From: a virus
Lineage: Duplodnaviria; Caudoviricetes
DNA length: 44,154 bases
Strand: one strand, 5' to 3'
Virus record (IMG/VR): IMGVR_UViG_3300030397_000609
Location: 1 to 44,154 of that record
Both the position numbers and the translations under genes were made by a program. Under the pieces are notes generated by a model. That model ran no database searches. It was not told where the DNA came from and worked only from the letters and a program-made list of their open reading frames with translations. Positions 15,097-25,983 of this stretch are shown in pieces. How positions within the stretch are numbered: the stretch's first letter is position 1; each line of letters starts with the position of its first letter.

Positions 15097-16530
15097 ATGT
15101 TTGCACCTGCGAATTTCCCGCAGTATTTATTTTTTACGACGACTGCTTTTGAGGTGTTGTTTGGTGGTTTGCCGTATGCGGGGAAAAGTTTATGTTTGGT
15201 TATTCTTGCGCTCATGCAGGTGTGGCATCCTAAGTATACGGGGTGGATATTCCGTAGGAACGATGATGATTTACAGGCGCTTGTAGATTTTGCGTATCAG
15301 TATTACCCTGAGGCGGGAGGAGTGGCAACGGAGCGTGGGAGGTTGTGGACGTTCCCTTCTGGTGCGTGGATCAGGTTTTCGCATATGGCTGATTCAAGAA
15401 GCTGGACGCGGATCAGGGGTCACAACAACGCTTTTCTGGGTTTTGATGAGATCAATGAGTTTGAAGAGGAGCAGTATGGTATGAGTCGTGTCTGGTGTCG
15501 CCCTGCGGCAGATGACTTGATACCGATGGTGAGATGTACGGCCAACCCTGATGGCCCAGGAAGGGGATGGGTGGGCAGGCATTTTATCAGAAATCGGGAG
15601 CCGTTTGAGATACATGAGGTGACGACGGCAATGGGTTCTACGACGTTGCAGTTTATACCGACGGGGTTCAGGGATCTTACGGACACGGGTATTATAGATG
15701 TAAAGGCATATGAGGCGTCGCTGCATTTAATACCGAATAAGCATATCAGGGAGGCTTTTTTAGCCAAAGACCCTCTCGACGCCTGGAAGATCGTTATCGG
15801 GCAGTTTTTTGATTATAATAGTAAGGCGCATGTGGTCCCCTCTTCAGAGGAGGCTGCTATGCGGCAGTATCTTCTTGAGGTGCCACGGACGGTTATAGAG
15901 TCTATAGACTATGGATCGAGGGATTATTTTTCATACCACGTTTACGTGCGGGATGATACCAGCGGAACGATATATGCTACCGACGAGCATCATGAGAAGG
16001 GCAAGGATCTCGTCATGCACCATATCCCTAAGATAAAGAATATCCGTAGAAACAAGTTATATCGGGGGAAGATATTAAGCACCATGTGCTGTAGGGCCGC
16101 TTTTGCTGACCACAGTGGCATGAGATCACAGCAGACAGGGGCGCAAATACTACGAAGGCACGGCATAAACGTCCAGCCAGCGTTCGATGGGGGATATGAC
16201 AAGAGGATAAACGGCTGGGCGGCGATACAGCGCATGATGGCCCATGATGAGTTTACAGAACCGATGCTGAAGTTTTTTGAGTCGTGTGAGGCGCTAAATG
16301 AGGATGTATCGGGCGCCGTTGCTGACGCTGACAATCCAGAGGAATTGGATAAAAGCTCCCGCGATCATACATTAGATGATTTACGATATGCCGTAATGAA
16401 GTTCGATGCGGATTATTTGGAGCCTGTGTCAATAGGGCATATCCCCGAACCCATGCACACCAGAGAAGGTATCATAGACTTTTTAAATGGCTCTTCGGAT
16501 GAAGAGTATATCAAATGGATGCTCCAATGA
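15097..16530 (+). CDS. terL: Terminase large subunit
   Basis: Walker A GGLPYAGKS, Walker B LGFDE, motif III TANP, nuclease SIDYG and DHTLDDLRY; AGGAGG SD. Confidence 0.93.
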   Translation: MFAPANFPQYLFFTTTAFEVLFGGLPYAGKSLCLVILALMQVWHPKYTGWIFRRNDDDLQALVDFAYQYYPEAGGVATERGRLWTFPSGAWIRFSHMADSRSWTRIRGHNNAFLGFDEINEFEEEQYGMSRVWCRPAADDLIPMVRCTANPDGPGRGWVGRHFIRNREPFEIHEVTTAMGSTTLQFIPTGFRDLTDTGIIDVKAYEASLHLIPNKHIREAFLAKDPLDAWKIVIGQFFDYNSKAHVVPSSEEAAMRQYLLEVPRTVIESIDYGSRDYFSYHVYVRDDTSGTIYATDEHHEKGKDLVMHHIPKIKNIRRNKLYRGKILSTMCCRAAFADHSGMRSQQTGAQILRRHGINVQPAFDGGYDKRINGWAAIQRMMAHDEFTEPMLKFFESCEALNEDVSGAVADADNPEELDKSSRDHTLDDLRYAVMKFDADYLEPVSIGHIPEPMHTREGIIDFLNGSSDEEYIKWMLQ

Positions 16531-18659
16531 CCCCTGCACAAGCAAATAAAATCATGGATATGGCCGATGAGATGCAGGAGGAGCGCCGCATCCGTTATAA
16601 CGACAACCTGAATCTGTACCTGAATAAGATCAATGACGATGAAGATGCCCCAGCGAGTCCGAATTACATCTATGCCACGGTATCGCAGGAAGCGGCGATA
16701 TTATTGCCCAAAGATCCCCACTGGGTAGCAAAGGCCGATCGAAGAGGCTATGAAAGACAAGAGGTGCTGTTACCCTCTCTACTGAAGAAGATGTTTAAAA
16801 GCACCAAGATGTTACGAACATTACGGCATGTGTTTTTATCGTCTGTGATATGGGATTTTGGGGCGATAAAGCTGGGTATGGGGATGGCCTACAACCCAAA
16901 ATCGGAGCAGGAGAAGATCGAGGAGAACAGATTAAAGGCCAGAGATGAGAACATGAAGATGCTGGCAGGGAATGTGTTCCCCGTTGAGCAGAGTGAGATG
17001 CACGAGATAGAGCTGTTGGAGCATTTTGCGTTCTTGGAAAGCCCCGCCCTGTTGCAGCACCCCGCCGCCGACAGTGTGGTGTCGAACCTTGAGACGCATA
17101 TCAGAGAGCATCAGGCGTTCGCACAGGTGCCCCATACGCCCATGACGGATTTTGATAGCTATAAGCAGCCCGACTTCCCATTTGGAAAAGCAGTCATGCC
17201 GATAGATCTATACTGGGAGCCTGGGCATATGTTTTTTGATGAGGCAGGGTGGGTGGCACACGGGACATGGCACAGGAAAGAGGATCTGGTCGGCCATCCT
17301 CTGATGGATCAGAATGTCGTTAAAAAGCTACAGGGGGAGACGCTGGACGATACATTCCAGCATCTATATCCCGATGGCGAGTGGAACGCCATCATGAACA
17401 GCGAAGATGACATATTGAGAGTATGGGAGATATGGAACCACAGATTACGGGTACGGGAGATATGGGTGAAGGGCAACGACAAGCCTCTCTATAGACCCCC
17501 CAATGACCCGCGTCATAAGTGGCCCTATCACCATATAGAGAAATACCCGTTTAACATATTGGCGCTGTCGCAAGCCCCTGGAAGGACGCACGGCAGGGCA
17601 CCTCTGCATTATATGGAGCATGGGCAGAGGCTCGAAATGGACATCATGGAGTCCATCGCACTGCATATACAGCGGAGCGTCCCCAAGTATGAGCTGGATG
17701 TGGAGATGCTGGAAGGCAGAGAGCAGATCGTCAGGGCACTGGAGACACTACGAAGCGGCAGTCATGGCGGCGTAATCATGACGAAGAAGGATGGGGATGC
17801 AGGAAAAAGAGCCGTTATCCCCGTTGCCACAGCGCAGATGGATCAGACAAATCTGATCATGCTGCAACTGCTTGAGAAGAACAGGCCCGTGAACAGCGGA
17901 TTGGCAGACCAGGCCAGAGGGATCACAACGGGCGCCACAGCAACCGAAACGCAGATCACATCCTCGGCTACCAATGTACGCCTGAATGACTTTATAGGGC
18001 TTGTAACGGAGCTTACGCAGTGGGTGGGGACAACCTCGCTGCAAATATGGCGGCAGTTTGCACCTGAGAGCATGGAACTTAGAGTAACAATGGGCAGGAT
18101 GGACGTATGGGAGGAGTTTAAGCGTACAGACCTGTTGCCCTACTACGATCTTGACGTGTTCCTGCCGCAGCCTGGCGATGAGCAGAAGAGAGCCGTTGAG
18201 ATACAGAATACTATACATATGTTCGCACAGGTGCCGCAGCTTGCCGAGGTGGTGGATTTTGAGCAGCTCGGCAGGGAGCTGTTGTTCAGCATGAACCCTG
18301 GCCATACCGACCTTGACAGGTATTTTAAGCAGGAGTCTGCCGCAGAGATGGTGGCGATACAAAATGAAGAGCGTCTCATGGCACAGGGGCAGCAGGTAGA
18401 GGTAACGGCAGACCAGATGCACTCTGTACATATGCAAGCACATCAGGTGTTCATGCAGAGGGTGGCACAGTCGATGCAGAATCCCGAAACGCAGGAGGCG
18501 GCACAGACGATATTGCAGGTGTTACAGCAGCATATACAACAGCATATGCAGTTCATACAGTCGCCACTAATAGGCCGCAACAGAGATGCCAGGTTCAACA
18601 GAGATGGCAACCCAGGCACCGACAAAAGCATAACGAGTGCGGCAGCGCAAGGAGTGTAG
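16527..18659 (+). CDS. Portal protein (P22-like, long Q-rich C-terminus)
   Basis: About 710 aa directly after terL; GATATE motif; Q/H-rich tail. Confidence 0.85.
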   Translation: MTPAQANKIMDMADEMQEERRIRYNDNLNLYLNKINDDEDAPASPNYIYATVSQEAAILLPKDPHWVAKADRRGYERQEVLLPSLLKKMFKSTKMLRTLRHVFLSSVIWDFGAIKLGMGMAYNPKSEQEKIEENRLKARDENMKMLAGNVFPVEQSEMHEIELLEHFAFLESPALLQHPAADSVVSNLETHIREHQAFAQVPHTPMTDFDSYKQPDFPFGKAVMPIDLYWEPGHMFFDEAGWVAHGTWHRKEDLVGHPLMDQNVVKKLQGETLDDTFQHLYPDGEWNAIMNSEDDILRVWEIWNHRLRVREIWVKGNDKPLYRPPNDPRHKWPYHHIEKYPFNILALSQAPGRTHGRAPLHYMEHGQRLEMDIMESIALHIQRSVPKYELDVEMLEGREQIVRALETLRSGSHGGVIMTKKDGDAGKRAVIPVATAQMDQTNLIMLQLLEKNRPVNSGLADQARGITTGATATETQITSSATNVRLNDFIGLVTELTQWVGTTSLQIWRQFAPESMELRVTMGRMDVWEEFKRTDLLPYYDLDVFLPQPGDEQKRAVEIQNTIHMFAQVPQLAEVVDFEQLGRELLFSMNPGHTDLDRYFKQESAAEMVAIQNEERLMAQGQQVEVTADQMHSVHMQAHQVFMQRVAQSMQNPETQEAAQTILQVLQQHIQQHMQFIQSPLIGRNRDARFNRDGNPGTDKSITSAAAQGV

Positions 18660-18660
18660 G

Positions 18661-18930
18661 ATGCGAAAGAGATTGATATGCGAACAGTGCAACCAGGTGT
18701 GGTATACCGATGGCGCACCAGGAACGATAACCTGTCACTGCGGCCATAAGATGCGTGTGGGCAAGATCGTGATAAAGCCCGTATTGTCGGTCCTTGATGT
18801 GGATGGCAGCAGCCATGAATATGACAAAGATGTCCACCACGTCGAGGCACGGGGCGGCAGATGGTATGTGATGGATAAAGAGGAGAAGCTGTATCGGGTA
18901 ACGAGGGAGACAGCGAAGGAATTGCAATGA
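18661..18930 (+). CDS. Zinc-ribbon hypothetical protein
   Basis: CEQC...CHCG. Confidence 0.6.
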   Translation: MRKRLICEQCNQVWYTDGAPGTITCHCGHKMRVGKIVIKPVLSVLDVDGSSHEYDKDVHHVEARGGRWYVMDKEEKLYRVTRETAKELQ

Positions 18931-19184
18931 TATTTTATCGTAGGACACATGCGCCAGATTTTGTGAAGCTGCGGGAGATGAATCCCGATCTGGCGAACAT
19001 CGCCCATGAGCTTATATCCACCCTGCCAGGGTTCGCACCAGGGAGCCTGACGGACAAAGAGGTGGAGATATTACATCTGATGGGTTTTTCAGTGGTGGAG
19101 ACGCAATGCCCAGATACTTATACCGATGCACCTGCGGATGGGAAAATTTTGCGACCAGGCGCATCGCAGAACGGTACAACGTAA
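18927..19184 (+). CDS. Hypothetical protein
   Basis: Coupled ORF. Confidence 0.5.
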   Translation: MIFYRRTHAPDFVKLREMNPDLANIAHELISTLPGFAPGSLTDKEVEILHLMGFSVVETQCPDTYTDAPADGKILRPGASQNGTT

Positions 19185-19627
19185 GATGCCCCGAATGTAA
19201 GGGCGAGCATGAGACTGCTGGGGGCACGGTGATGAACGTCATCACTAAGGAGTCTGCGCCCTACACGCAGAGCGCCCAGAGAGACAACAGGGAGTTTGAC
19301 AACGGTCAGGGGGTGCCCAACAGGGCATTTGGGGTGCCTGTAAGGTCAAGGTCGCATTTGCGGGAGCTTGAGACGGCTTACGGGGTGACGCGGGTCGAGA
19401 AGACGGATGAGGACTTCCAGAATGAGATGCACAGCAAACCGACTCCCAAGAAGCGGTCTGTAGAGACGATGAAGAAATATCGGGCGATAGCCGAGGCTGA
19501 GGTGGCAAAAGGGTGGGAGCCGACGCCCGTGCCCGATAAGACGCCCGTAGACAAGAAGCTGAAGAAAGAGTTGCAGAAGATAACGCAGAAGGAACACCCG
19601 CGCATAGCGAAGGTGGATAATGTCTGA
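19106..19627 (+). CDS. FmdB-like zinc-ribbon protein
   Basis: MPRYLYRCTCG...CPECKG; such genes commonly follow portal genes. Confidence 0.75.
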   Translation: MPRYLYRCTCGWENFATRRIAERYNVRCPECKGEHETAGGTVMNVITKESAPYTQSAQRDNREFDNGQGVPNRAFGVPVRSRSHLRELETAYGVTRVEKTDEDFQNEMHSKPTPKKRSVETMKKYRAIAEAEVAKGWEPTPVPDKTPVDKKLKKELQKITQKEHPRIAKVDNV

Positions 19628-20111
19628 CAACTACGAAAACGGGAAGTTGCGGGAGCCTACAGAGCATGATATGGTCATCGCTATGGAAGAGGAGGCGATG
19701 AAAAGGCATATGGAGTTTATACGGGCAGGGGGAGAGGGCAACAACGCACCCCCGAATCCCGATCCAGAGCCAAAGATGTATATAGAGAAGATCGTCCCTG
19801 GCAACGCGCGGGAGGCATTTGGAAGGGATCACGATAAGATCGCTGGGCTAGGGCATAGGCTGAAGATGGTGCCCAACCCCGCCTGGAAAGAATGGAAAGA
19901 GCGCCAGGAGGCGAAAGTGATAAAGATGCAGCCAAGTAACAACGGTACAGAGCCAATAAGTACAGTATCCCCCATAGACGACGCAGCGTCGCCTATATCG
20001 CTGATGGACGCATTGCCCATCATAAACGAGCGGCTTGCCGATGTGTTCGACATATTAGGATGCACTGTCGATGGCGACAAGCTGAATATAACCGTAAGGA
20101 GCAGAAAATGA
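19620..20111 (+). CDS. Hypothetical protein
   Basis: 163-aa ORF in the head module. Confidence 0.65.
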   Translation: MSDNYENGKLREPTEHDMVIAMEEEAMKRHMEFIRAGGEGNNAPPNPDPEPKMYIEKIVPGNAREAFGRDHDKIAGLGHRLKMVPNPAWKEWKERQEAKVIKMQPSNNGTEPISTVSPIDDAASPISLMDALPIINERLADVFDILGCTVDGDKLNITVRSRK

Positions 20112-20815
20112 ATGAGACGGAGACGCCTCAAGATTACATCTCGGAGATGCTTAGCAACTACCCCGATGAGGTAAAAGAGACGGTGGAGCGCGACCTGAAG
20201 AAGGTGCGCGATACGGTCGCAGGGACAAAGGGGCAGCAGGAAGCGGCGCTTCGGGAGCAGATACGCCTACTGGAAACCAACCAGAAGACGTTAGAACAGC
20301 TCTTGAATGAGCAGAAGCAGCAGAAGACCCAGACGCAGGGCAGCGAGAAAGATAAAGTGCTGGCGCAACGCCTGGGCATCGAACCCGATCAGGTGCCTGC
20401 CTTCAGGGAGACAATGAAGGAGTTCGGTTTTGTCACTAACGAAGAGCTGAACGCCATAACATCCTCGCAGGGAACGAAGCTCGAACGCAAGGAGACATTG
20501 CAGCGCGAGCTTAACAACTGGGAGCAGACGTTTGGCGCAGAGGTATTCAAGCCGTATAAGAAGATGATAGAGGGCATAGCTGAGAACAACAACTATGACC
20601 TTGAACCATACCGTGATACGCTTGTTGCCCTGGCTCAGGATCTTCAGGAACAGTCCAAAAAACATCAGATGAACAAACAGGATGATTTGGCAGTACGTAG
20701 ACATGCCACTACTACGGAGCCTACCACGGGGTTGTCGTATGACGACAAGGTGATAACACACCCCGATGGCACGATAGACTACCATGCTACGTTCGCCAAT
20801 CTTGGAGACGAATAA
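20108..20815 (+). CDS. Putative capsid scaffolding protein
   Basis: Helical, E/Q/K-rich, directly before the major capsid gene. Confidence 0.65.
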   Translation: MNETETPQDYISEMLSNYPDEVKETVERDLKKVRDTVAGTKGQQEAALREQIRLLETNQKTLEQLLNEQKQQKTQTQGSEKDKVLAQRLGIEPDQVPAFRETMKEFGFVTNEELNAITSSQGTKLERKETLQRELNNWEQTFGAEVFKPYKKMIEGIAENNNYDLEPYRDTLVALAQDLQEQSKKHQMNKQDDLAVRRHATTTEPTTGLSYDDKVITHPDGTIDYHATFANLGDE

Positions 20816-21880
20816 ATGCCAAAACCCTTAGTGTCATCGCAAGCGACCTTTGCGAGTGACAAGAAGCGTTCTTTTACGGCAGCACTGATGGTCGACAACG
20901 AGGTGATAGATCAGGTGGTCGAAGCGACGCCTATCCTATCCTGGTCGATGGGCCTTGACCAGCAGGGTTCTGACGGCAAGAAGGTGAAGCTGTCGGATCT
21001 CCGTCCCTCACGGCAGCTCAAGTTCTTTTCGGGTGGTCTGTCGTTCGACTTCAAGGCGCGTACAGGAACAAACAGTACGTTCGCAAGCATGGATGACGGA
21101 TATGACGAGGTGGACATCACGCCGCAGCAGGGGTTCACGACCCTCTCGGAGGAACCTGCGCTGTATGCTGGTAGCGTGACCATCGACATCATATCGCAGC
21201 TTCAGAATGAAGGCAACGAAACGCGCGAGGTGGACAACCTTGAAGCTACCATCGAGCAGGGGTTTGCCGATGCGCGGGAGACGATGCAAACGCATATGTG
21301 GCAGACCGCTGCCGCCGCTGCCTCGTCTGACATCAAAGGTATCCTCCACTGGGTCCCTGCCGATCCCACATCAGGCAGCATCGCTACGGCTGACAGATCC
21401 ACGGATACGTGGTTTCGCAGTCAGTACAATGGTGCCAGTGGGTTTTCTACCAACACCACGCCTTCGTTCGGTGCCGATGGACTGTCGATGATGATACAGG
21501 CTGTCATCGCCTCTTCAGGTGGTCAGGGTGCCGACGAGGTAACGGACATCTGGAACGCTACGGATGTGTTCAGGTATTACTACCTGCGGCTGCAACCGCA
21601 GGAGATGTACAGTCCTTCGGGGCCGCGTGATGCCAACGGTGCGCCGCTGCTGTGGAATGGTAAGCGGATGTGGTATGACGGTGGCATCCCTTCGGGTGTG
21701 CAGCTTTTCCTGAATCGCAACTACTGGCAGTTCCGCGTACACTCGAATGCGTTCTTCTCCATCACTGAGTTCTCCACGGGCCAGAATGTCCTTAGCCGTG
21801 TGGCGAAACAGATTTTCTATGGCACCCCGATCTGTCTGCGTCCGTCGCGTCAGGCATATGTGGGCGGCTATACGTCATAG
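20816..21880 (+). CDS. Major capsid protein
   Basis: 354 aa, position after the scaffold, HK97-like pattern (..IKGI..DRSTDTWFRSQ..LFLNRNY..P.RQ). Confidence 0.85.
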   Translation: MPKPLVSSQATFASDKKRSFTAALMVDNEVIDQVVEATPILSWSMGLDQQGSDGKKVKLSDLRPSRQLKFFSGGLSFDFKARTGTNSTFASMDDGYDEVDITPQQGFTTLSEEPALYAGSVTIDIISQLQNEGNETREVDNLEATIEQGFADARETMQTHMWQTAAAAASSDIKGILHWVPADPTSGSIATADRSTDTWFRSQYNGASGFSTNTTPSFGADGLSMMIQAVIASSGGQGADEVTDIWNATDVFRYYYLRLQPQEMYSPSGPRDANGAPLLWNGKRMWYDGGIPSGVQLFLNRNYWQFRVHSNAFFSITEFSTGQNVLSRVAKQIFYGTPICLRPSRQAYVGGYTS

Positions 21881-21889
21881 GAGGTCATA

Positions 21890-22153
21890 ATGGCTTGGAG
21901 CTATACAGTGAAATCCACGAACGGTCACATGGGGGCCATACGGAAGGTCTATGGCACCTATGCGAACGACTCTGGATCTACAGGTGGTGAGGTAGACACG
22001 GGTCTGCTCAACGTGGAGATGGTGACGATCACACCTGACAGTACGGGAGAATTGGTGCCTGGTGTGGCCCTAAACTCCGCAAGTCAGGGTGCGTTTACGC
22101 TTACGACCAACGCCGATGAAAGTGGCGTGTGGTCTGCGGAAGGAGAAGGCTAA
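21890..22153 (+). CDS. Small virion protein
   Basis: G/T/S-rich, beta-rich, follows the capsid gene; AGGAGG SD. Confidence 0.65.
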   Translation: MAWSYTVKSTNGHMGAIRKVYGTYANDSGSTGGEVDTGLLNVEMVTITPDSTGELVPGVALNSASQGAFTLTTNADESGVWSAEGEG

Positions 22154-22641
22154 TGTCATGGTATGCAGAGGGTGGACGACCCATTGTCCAGGCGATTGAC
22201 GAGACATCGACCACGCAAAATCACGATGTAGGCCTTATCGTGCGCTGCGTGAATCGTGCGTCAACGTCATTGGGTAGTGGCGACTTTATCTACCTGAAAG
22301 GTGTCGCTTCGACGGCAGTGGGATCGCTGGTGAAGATCGACGACGATTTTGATACGTCCCTGGCTACGGCCAACGATGTGGGGCTTCTGGCAGTCGCTAT
22401 GTCTGCCAATGTCGCCTCACAGTGGGGATGGTATCAGCTTACGGGGAAGGCCGTGGTCAAGGTGCTTACGGGCTTTGCGGCTGACCTGGCGTGTTACCTT
22501 ACCGCTACGGCAGGGTCTATCGACGATACTGTGGTGGCGGGTGATCTGATATATAATATGGCTGGCATGACCGCAATCGGTACTCCTGCGGCAGGACAGG
22601 CATATTGTCATATCGCACATCCGTATGTGAACAACACGTAA
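22153..22641 (+). CDS. Capsid decoration/cement protein (putative)
   Basis: FIYLKG...VAMSANVASQWGWYQ; A/G-rich. Confidence 0.6.
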   Translation: MSWYAEGGRPIVQAIDETSTTQNHDVGLIVRCVNRASTSLGSGDFIYLKGVASTAVGSLVKIDDDFDTSLATANDVGLLAVAMSANVASQWGWYQLTGKAVVKVLTGFAADLACYLTATAGSIDDTVVAGDLIYNMAGMTAIGTPAAGQAYCHIAHPYVNNT

Positions 22642-22649
22642 TAAGTGAT

Positions 22650-22671
22650 GGGGGGAGCGGATGCTCCCCCC
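22650..22671 (+). terminator. GC hairpin after the capsid module (no U-tract)
   Basis: GGGGGGAGC-GGAT-GCTCCCCCC. Confidence 0.5.
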
Positions 22672-22689
22672 TGATCCTATGAGGATACT

Positions 22690-24048
22690 ATGGCAACAAA
22701 AAAGCAGATGGTAGACCGCATAGCAAAGAAGGTCGGTAAGACAGGCGACAGTGCCGCAGAGACGATCATAGGCGAGAAGGTGAATGAGGTAGTAGGCATC
22801 ATCGCTGATGAGATCGACTTCCCAGGGCTTATCAAGGAAGGGTACCTGCGTATACCTGATAACGACAGGTTTGCCCATGCGCTAAATAGCGATGTAGGCG
22901 CGATACAAGGCCCGATGCTGGTAGAGGGCACGACATCACGCATATGGCCGCTGTCGCTGTCGGAGTTTATGCTCAGGTATCCCAACCCGTCTACCGCTGC
23001 GGGAACCCCCAAACATTATATACCGCTGGGGAAAAGCGCCGTATACCAGCAGCCCGAAACAGCGATACGATTGGCATCGTCCTCATCGAGCGATACGAAC
23101 GTTGTGGTGACGATACCCGCATTATTTAGGGGACTCAGGCGCGATATAACAGTGACGCTGAACGGCACAACAGGTGTCCTGTCAGATTGTGTTGAGGATA
23201 TAGTCGGTCTGCCGACAGCAAGCCCCGCACCCGTAGGAACGATAACGGCAACGGCAAACAGCACCGTGGCAGACGCGACATTGCCGATTGTGGCCACAGC
23301 GGGGGCGGTGACGGTCTTTACCATAGGGGCGGGAGTGGCAACGGCAGGAGCGACGACAACGACATCTCCTGGGTCGATACTGAGAATGCACATGCTCGTG
23401 GATGATAGCACCGATTATAGCAAGGAAGTATCCATAACGGGCATAGGGATAGAGCATGATGGAACAGATTACAACGAATACCAGCAGGTCGAGCGCACGA
23501 TAACGATGACGACACATGCCAGTGACAGCACAACGGTAATTACGTACCCGACGACAGACACGGGGTTCCGCTTTACCAGGGTGCAGTCGGTATCGTTAAA
23601 CTGGGATAACGCGCAGACATTCGTGCTGAAAAGCGACCCAGAGCAGGTGATAACACGTATCCCCCCTGGAAAGCGATCGGTAGAATACAACATATACGGG
23701 TTCCATCCCATCCCCGATCTGAACAAGAATATCGTGTATATGTACAACCAGGATGTCGACTACGTATTGCAGAACGACCCCGATGAGCCGCCGATAGATG
23801 CTGCCGCCCACAAATATGTGGAGAAGTGGGCGGGAGTGCTTATGCGTGACCACATCGGATCGCGCAAGGGTACGGACTTTATCCGCAGCACACAGGAGTT
23901 CAGGGAAGATATGAACAGGCTGCGTGATGCGCTTATGCAGGAAGAGTTTCCGAGAGCGTCCTATGGTGAAAATAGCGTTAACCGTTTCAGACATCGTTTC
24001 GGCAGTCTGCCGTGGAATTATGAAGAGGTGGGGCCATATGGCGGGTGA
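22690..24048 (+). CDS. Head-tail adaptor protein with inserted beta domains (putative)
   Basis: Adaptor-like ends (GTPKHY; FHPIPD..Y.Y; DEPPID...H) and position. Confidence 0.6.
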   Translation: MATKKQMVDRIAKKVGKTGDSAAETIIGEKVNEVVGIIADEIDFPGLIKEGYLRIPDNDRFAHALNSDVGAIQGPMLVEGTTSRIWPLSLSEFMLRYPNPSTAAGTPKHYIPLGKSAVYQQPETAIRLASSSSSDTNVVVTIPALFRGLRRDITVTLNGTTGVLSDCVEDIVGLPTASPAPVGTITATANSTVADATLPIVATAGAVTVFTIGAGVATAGATTTTSPGSILRMHMLVDDSTDYSKEVSITGIGIEHDGTDYNEYQQVERTITMTTHASDSTTVITYPTTDTGFRFTRVQSVSLNWDNAQTFVLKSDPEQVITRIPPGKRSVEYNIYGFHPIPDLNKNIVYMYNQDVDYVLQNDPDEPPIDAAAHKYVEKWAGVLMRDHIGSRKGTDFIRSTQEFREDMNRLRDALMQEEFPRASYGENSVNRFRHRFGSLPWNYEEVGPYGG

Positions 24049-25558
24049 TGGACTGCAAATATACTCATTTGATTTTAATGGGATGCAGATGAACGTGGAT
24101 AAGAACCCCGTGGGCCTTATGCCGCCTGAGTTCGTGTCGGTGCGGAATATGGATTATAGTCAGAATGGCGTGTTTAAGAAGCGGAAGGGGTTTTCACGGT
24201 TTCCCGAATCAGACAGTATTGACGCTCAGGGATCTATGATTACGGCGGCTCAGCCAGGTGGAGTTGGGAACGGGTATTACGCTGCGCGAGGAAACCAGTT
24301 GTACGAAAAAGTCACAGGGGATTTTGATAGTGGCGCATGGACAACTTTTGGGACGACTTTTACGGCGGGGTCATCGGATGTGTCTTTGGCCTATGGACTT
24401 TCAGATGTAGAGACAGCTGCGGTATTTGTTGCCTTTGGTGCGTCAGATGTCATCATGATTACAGGCTTGTCCACCGCTGTAAAGACGACGATTTCGGGTG
24501 GCAGCAATCCGTTTACTTTGGGTGGATGTGTTGAATATTTTGAGGGAAGATTGTGGGTCGGAGATACAACGGAGGGGGGAACATCGTATAAAAACAGACT
24601 CAGGTTTTCCAATCCAGGCGATCCGACCACTTTTGATACGTTGGATTTTATTGATCTTTTTGTTCCAGGTGGGGGAAGCCTTGCAAATTTGTTTGCGATA
24701 AGATACTTACGAGATCGGTTGTATCTTTTTAATGAGTCTTTTGTTTTTGTTTTAACGGGTGATATTCCAGCAGATTTTGGACACCAGGCAGTCCTCCCCG
24801 TGTATAATCTTTCTAAACGTACAGTCGTTGCATTGGACGATTTCGTTATTTTTGCAGATCTCAGAGGGGTTCATGTTTTTGATGGCTTTCGGTTGCAGAA
24901 CCTTATAGATGGGCGGTTCATCGAAAAATGGAAGGGATTGTCGTCGGGAAACGTCAGGGATGCCTTTGCAACATATAATTATTTTACAGATGAGTATATT
25001 ATTTTTGCTTCAGATGAAATATGGGTGTTTAATTTCCGTAAAGGGGCATGGCATACATGGGATTTTGATGCTACAGCTTTGGAGTCGGATACCCTTCATT
25101 CTTTTAGCCCACAGTTTTTCTATAACGAAGGCTCCGAATCCCGCGACTCTTTTGCTTTGGGCGTTTTATCGGGCAAGCTGTATGGATACAATCATGGTGA
25201 AACCCAGGATTATGACAGCAAAGATGTCGTAGGGGAGGTTGAAACGGGAGACATGATTATAACGCCTTCAGGTGGCATCTTTGAGCTGTCGGCCATAGAC
25301 CTGTGGGTGGTAAGGAACGATAGTGCGGGAGAGCTGAAAGTCGTCCTCACGATAGATGGACAGGCGCAAACAGAAGAGACGATAACGATAACAGCGGGAT
25401 CGTCCGACACATCCCCGACAAGGTTCCCCGTGCCGCTGCCGCTTTTGAGGGTGGGGCAGATGCTCAGGGTGAAGATCACCGATGACCATGCAACGGTGCA
25501 AACAGAGATAAACCGCGTCGATGTGTGGTATGAGATCCACGAAGGAAGAGCGGCATAA
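24038..25558 (+). CDS. Tail nozzle/stabilization protein (P22 gp10/T7 gp12-like)
   Basis: N.D...G...KRKG, FEGRLWV, RLRFSNPGDPTTF beta-propeller pattern. Confidence 0.75.
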   Translation: MAGDGLQIYSFDFNGMQMNVDKNPVGLMPPEFVSVRNMDYSQNGVFKKRKGFSRFPESDSIDAQGSMITAAQPGGVGNGYYAARGNQLYEKVTGDFDSGAWTTFGTTFTAGSSDVSLAYGLSDVETAAVFVAFGASDVIMITGLSTAVKTTISGGSNPFTLGGCVEYFEGRLWVGDTTEGGTSYKNRLRFSNPGDPTTFDTLDFIDLFVPGGGSLANLFAIRYLRDRLYLFNESFVFVLTGDIPADFGHQAVLPVYNLSKRTVVALDDFVIFADLRGVHVFDGFRLQNLIDGRFIEKWKGLSSGNVRDAFATYNYFTDEYIIFASDEIWVFNFRKGAWHTWDFDATALESDTLHSFSPQFFYNEGSESRDSFALGVLSGKLYGYNHGETQDYDSKDVVGEVETGDMIITPSGGIFELSAIDLWVVRNDSAGELKVVLTIDGQAQTEETITITAGSSDTSPTRFPVPLPLLRVGQMLRVKITDDHATVQTEINRVDVWYEIHEGRAA

Positions 25559-25983
25559 TGTCCCGATTGAAGCTGGATCTGGTAAAATCAAATGCCGACA
25601 ATGTTGCAGGGGTGCTGCGGGAGATCAATGAGAAGCTACGGAAGTTCGATGACGCCACGCTCATACGGTTTTCCCTGCGGGGGTTTTTGAATCTCGGTGA
25701 GCCTATACCGTTGACGATAGCATCGGGGGCTGTAACGGCGTCATCGAGTTACCATTCGGTTGCAGTGGAAACGGGCAGCACCGATGATCTTGATACGATA
25801 AATGGCGGGATGGAAGGCGACATATTGATGATATTCAATCCCGCAGGGGCAAGCACCGTGGTTGCAAAAAATGGCACAGGGAACATTCTTCTGGGTAGCG
25901 ACTATACGATGGATAGTACCAGCAAAATGCTGACGCTACGGAAGTTTAGCTCGGATTGGGTGGAGCTGTCGAGGGGCATATGA
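25558..25983 (+). CDS. Virion protein
   Basis: DDLDTINGG motif; coupled ORF. Confidence 0.6.
   Translation: MSRLKLDLVKSNADNVAGVLREINEKLRKFDDATLIRFSLRGFLNLGEPIPLTIASGAVTASSSYHSVAVETGSTDDLDTINGGMEGDILMIFNPAGASTVVAKNGTGNILLGSDYTMDSTSKMLTLRKFSSDWVELSRGI

Noticed and set aside
24500-25150. AT-richer stretch in the nozzle gene as an intron or insertion
   Set aside because: The frame is continuous with no splicing or intein motifs; at most this is mosaic exchange
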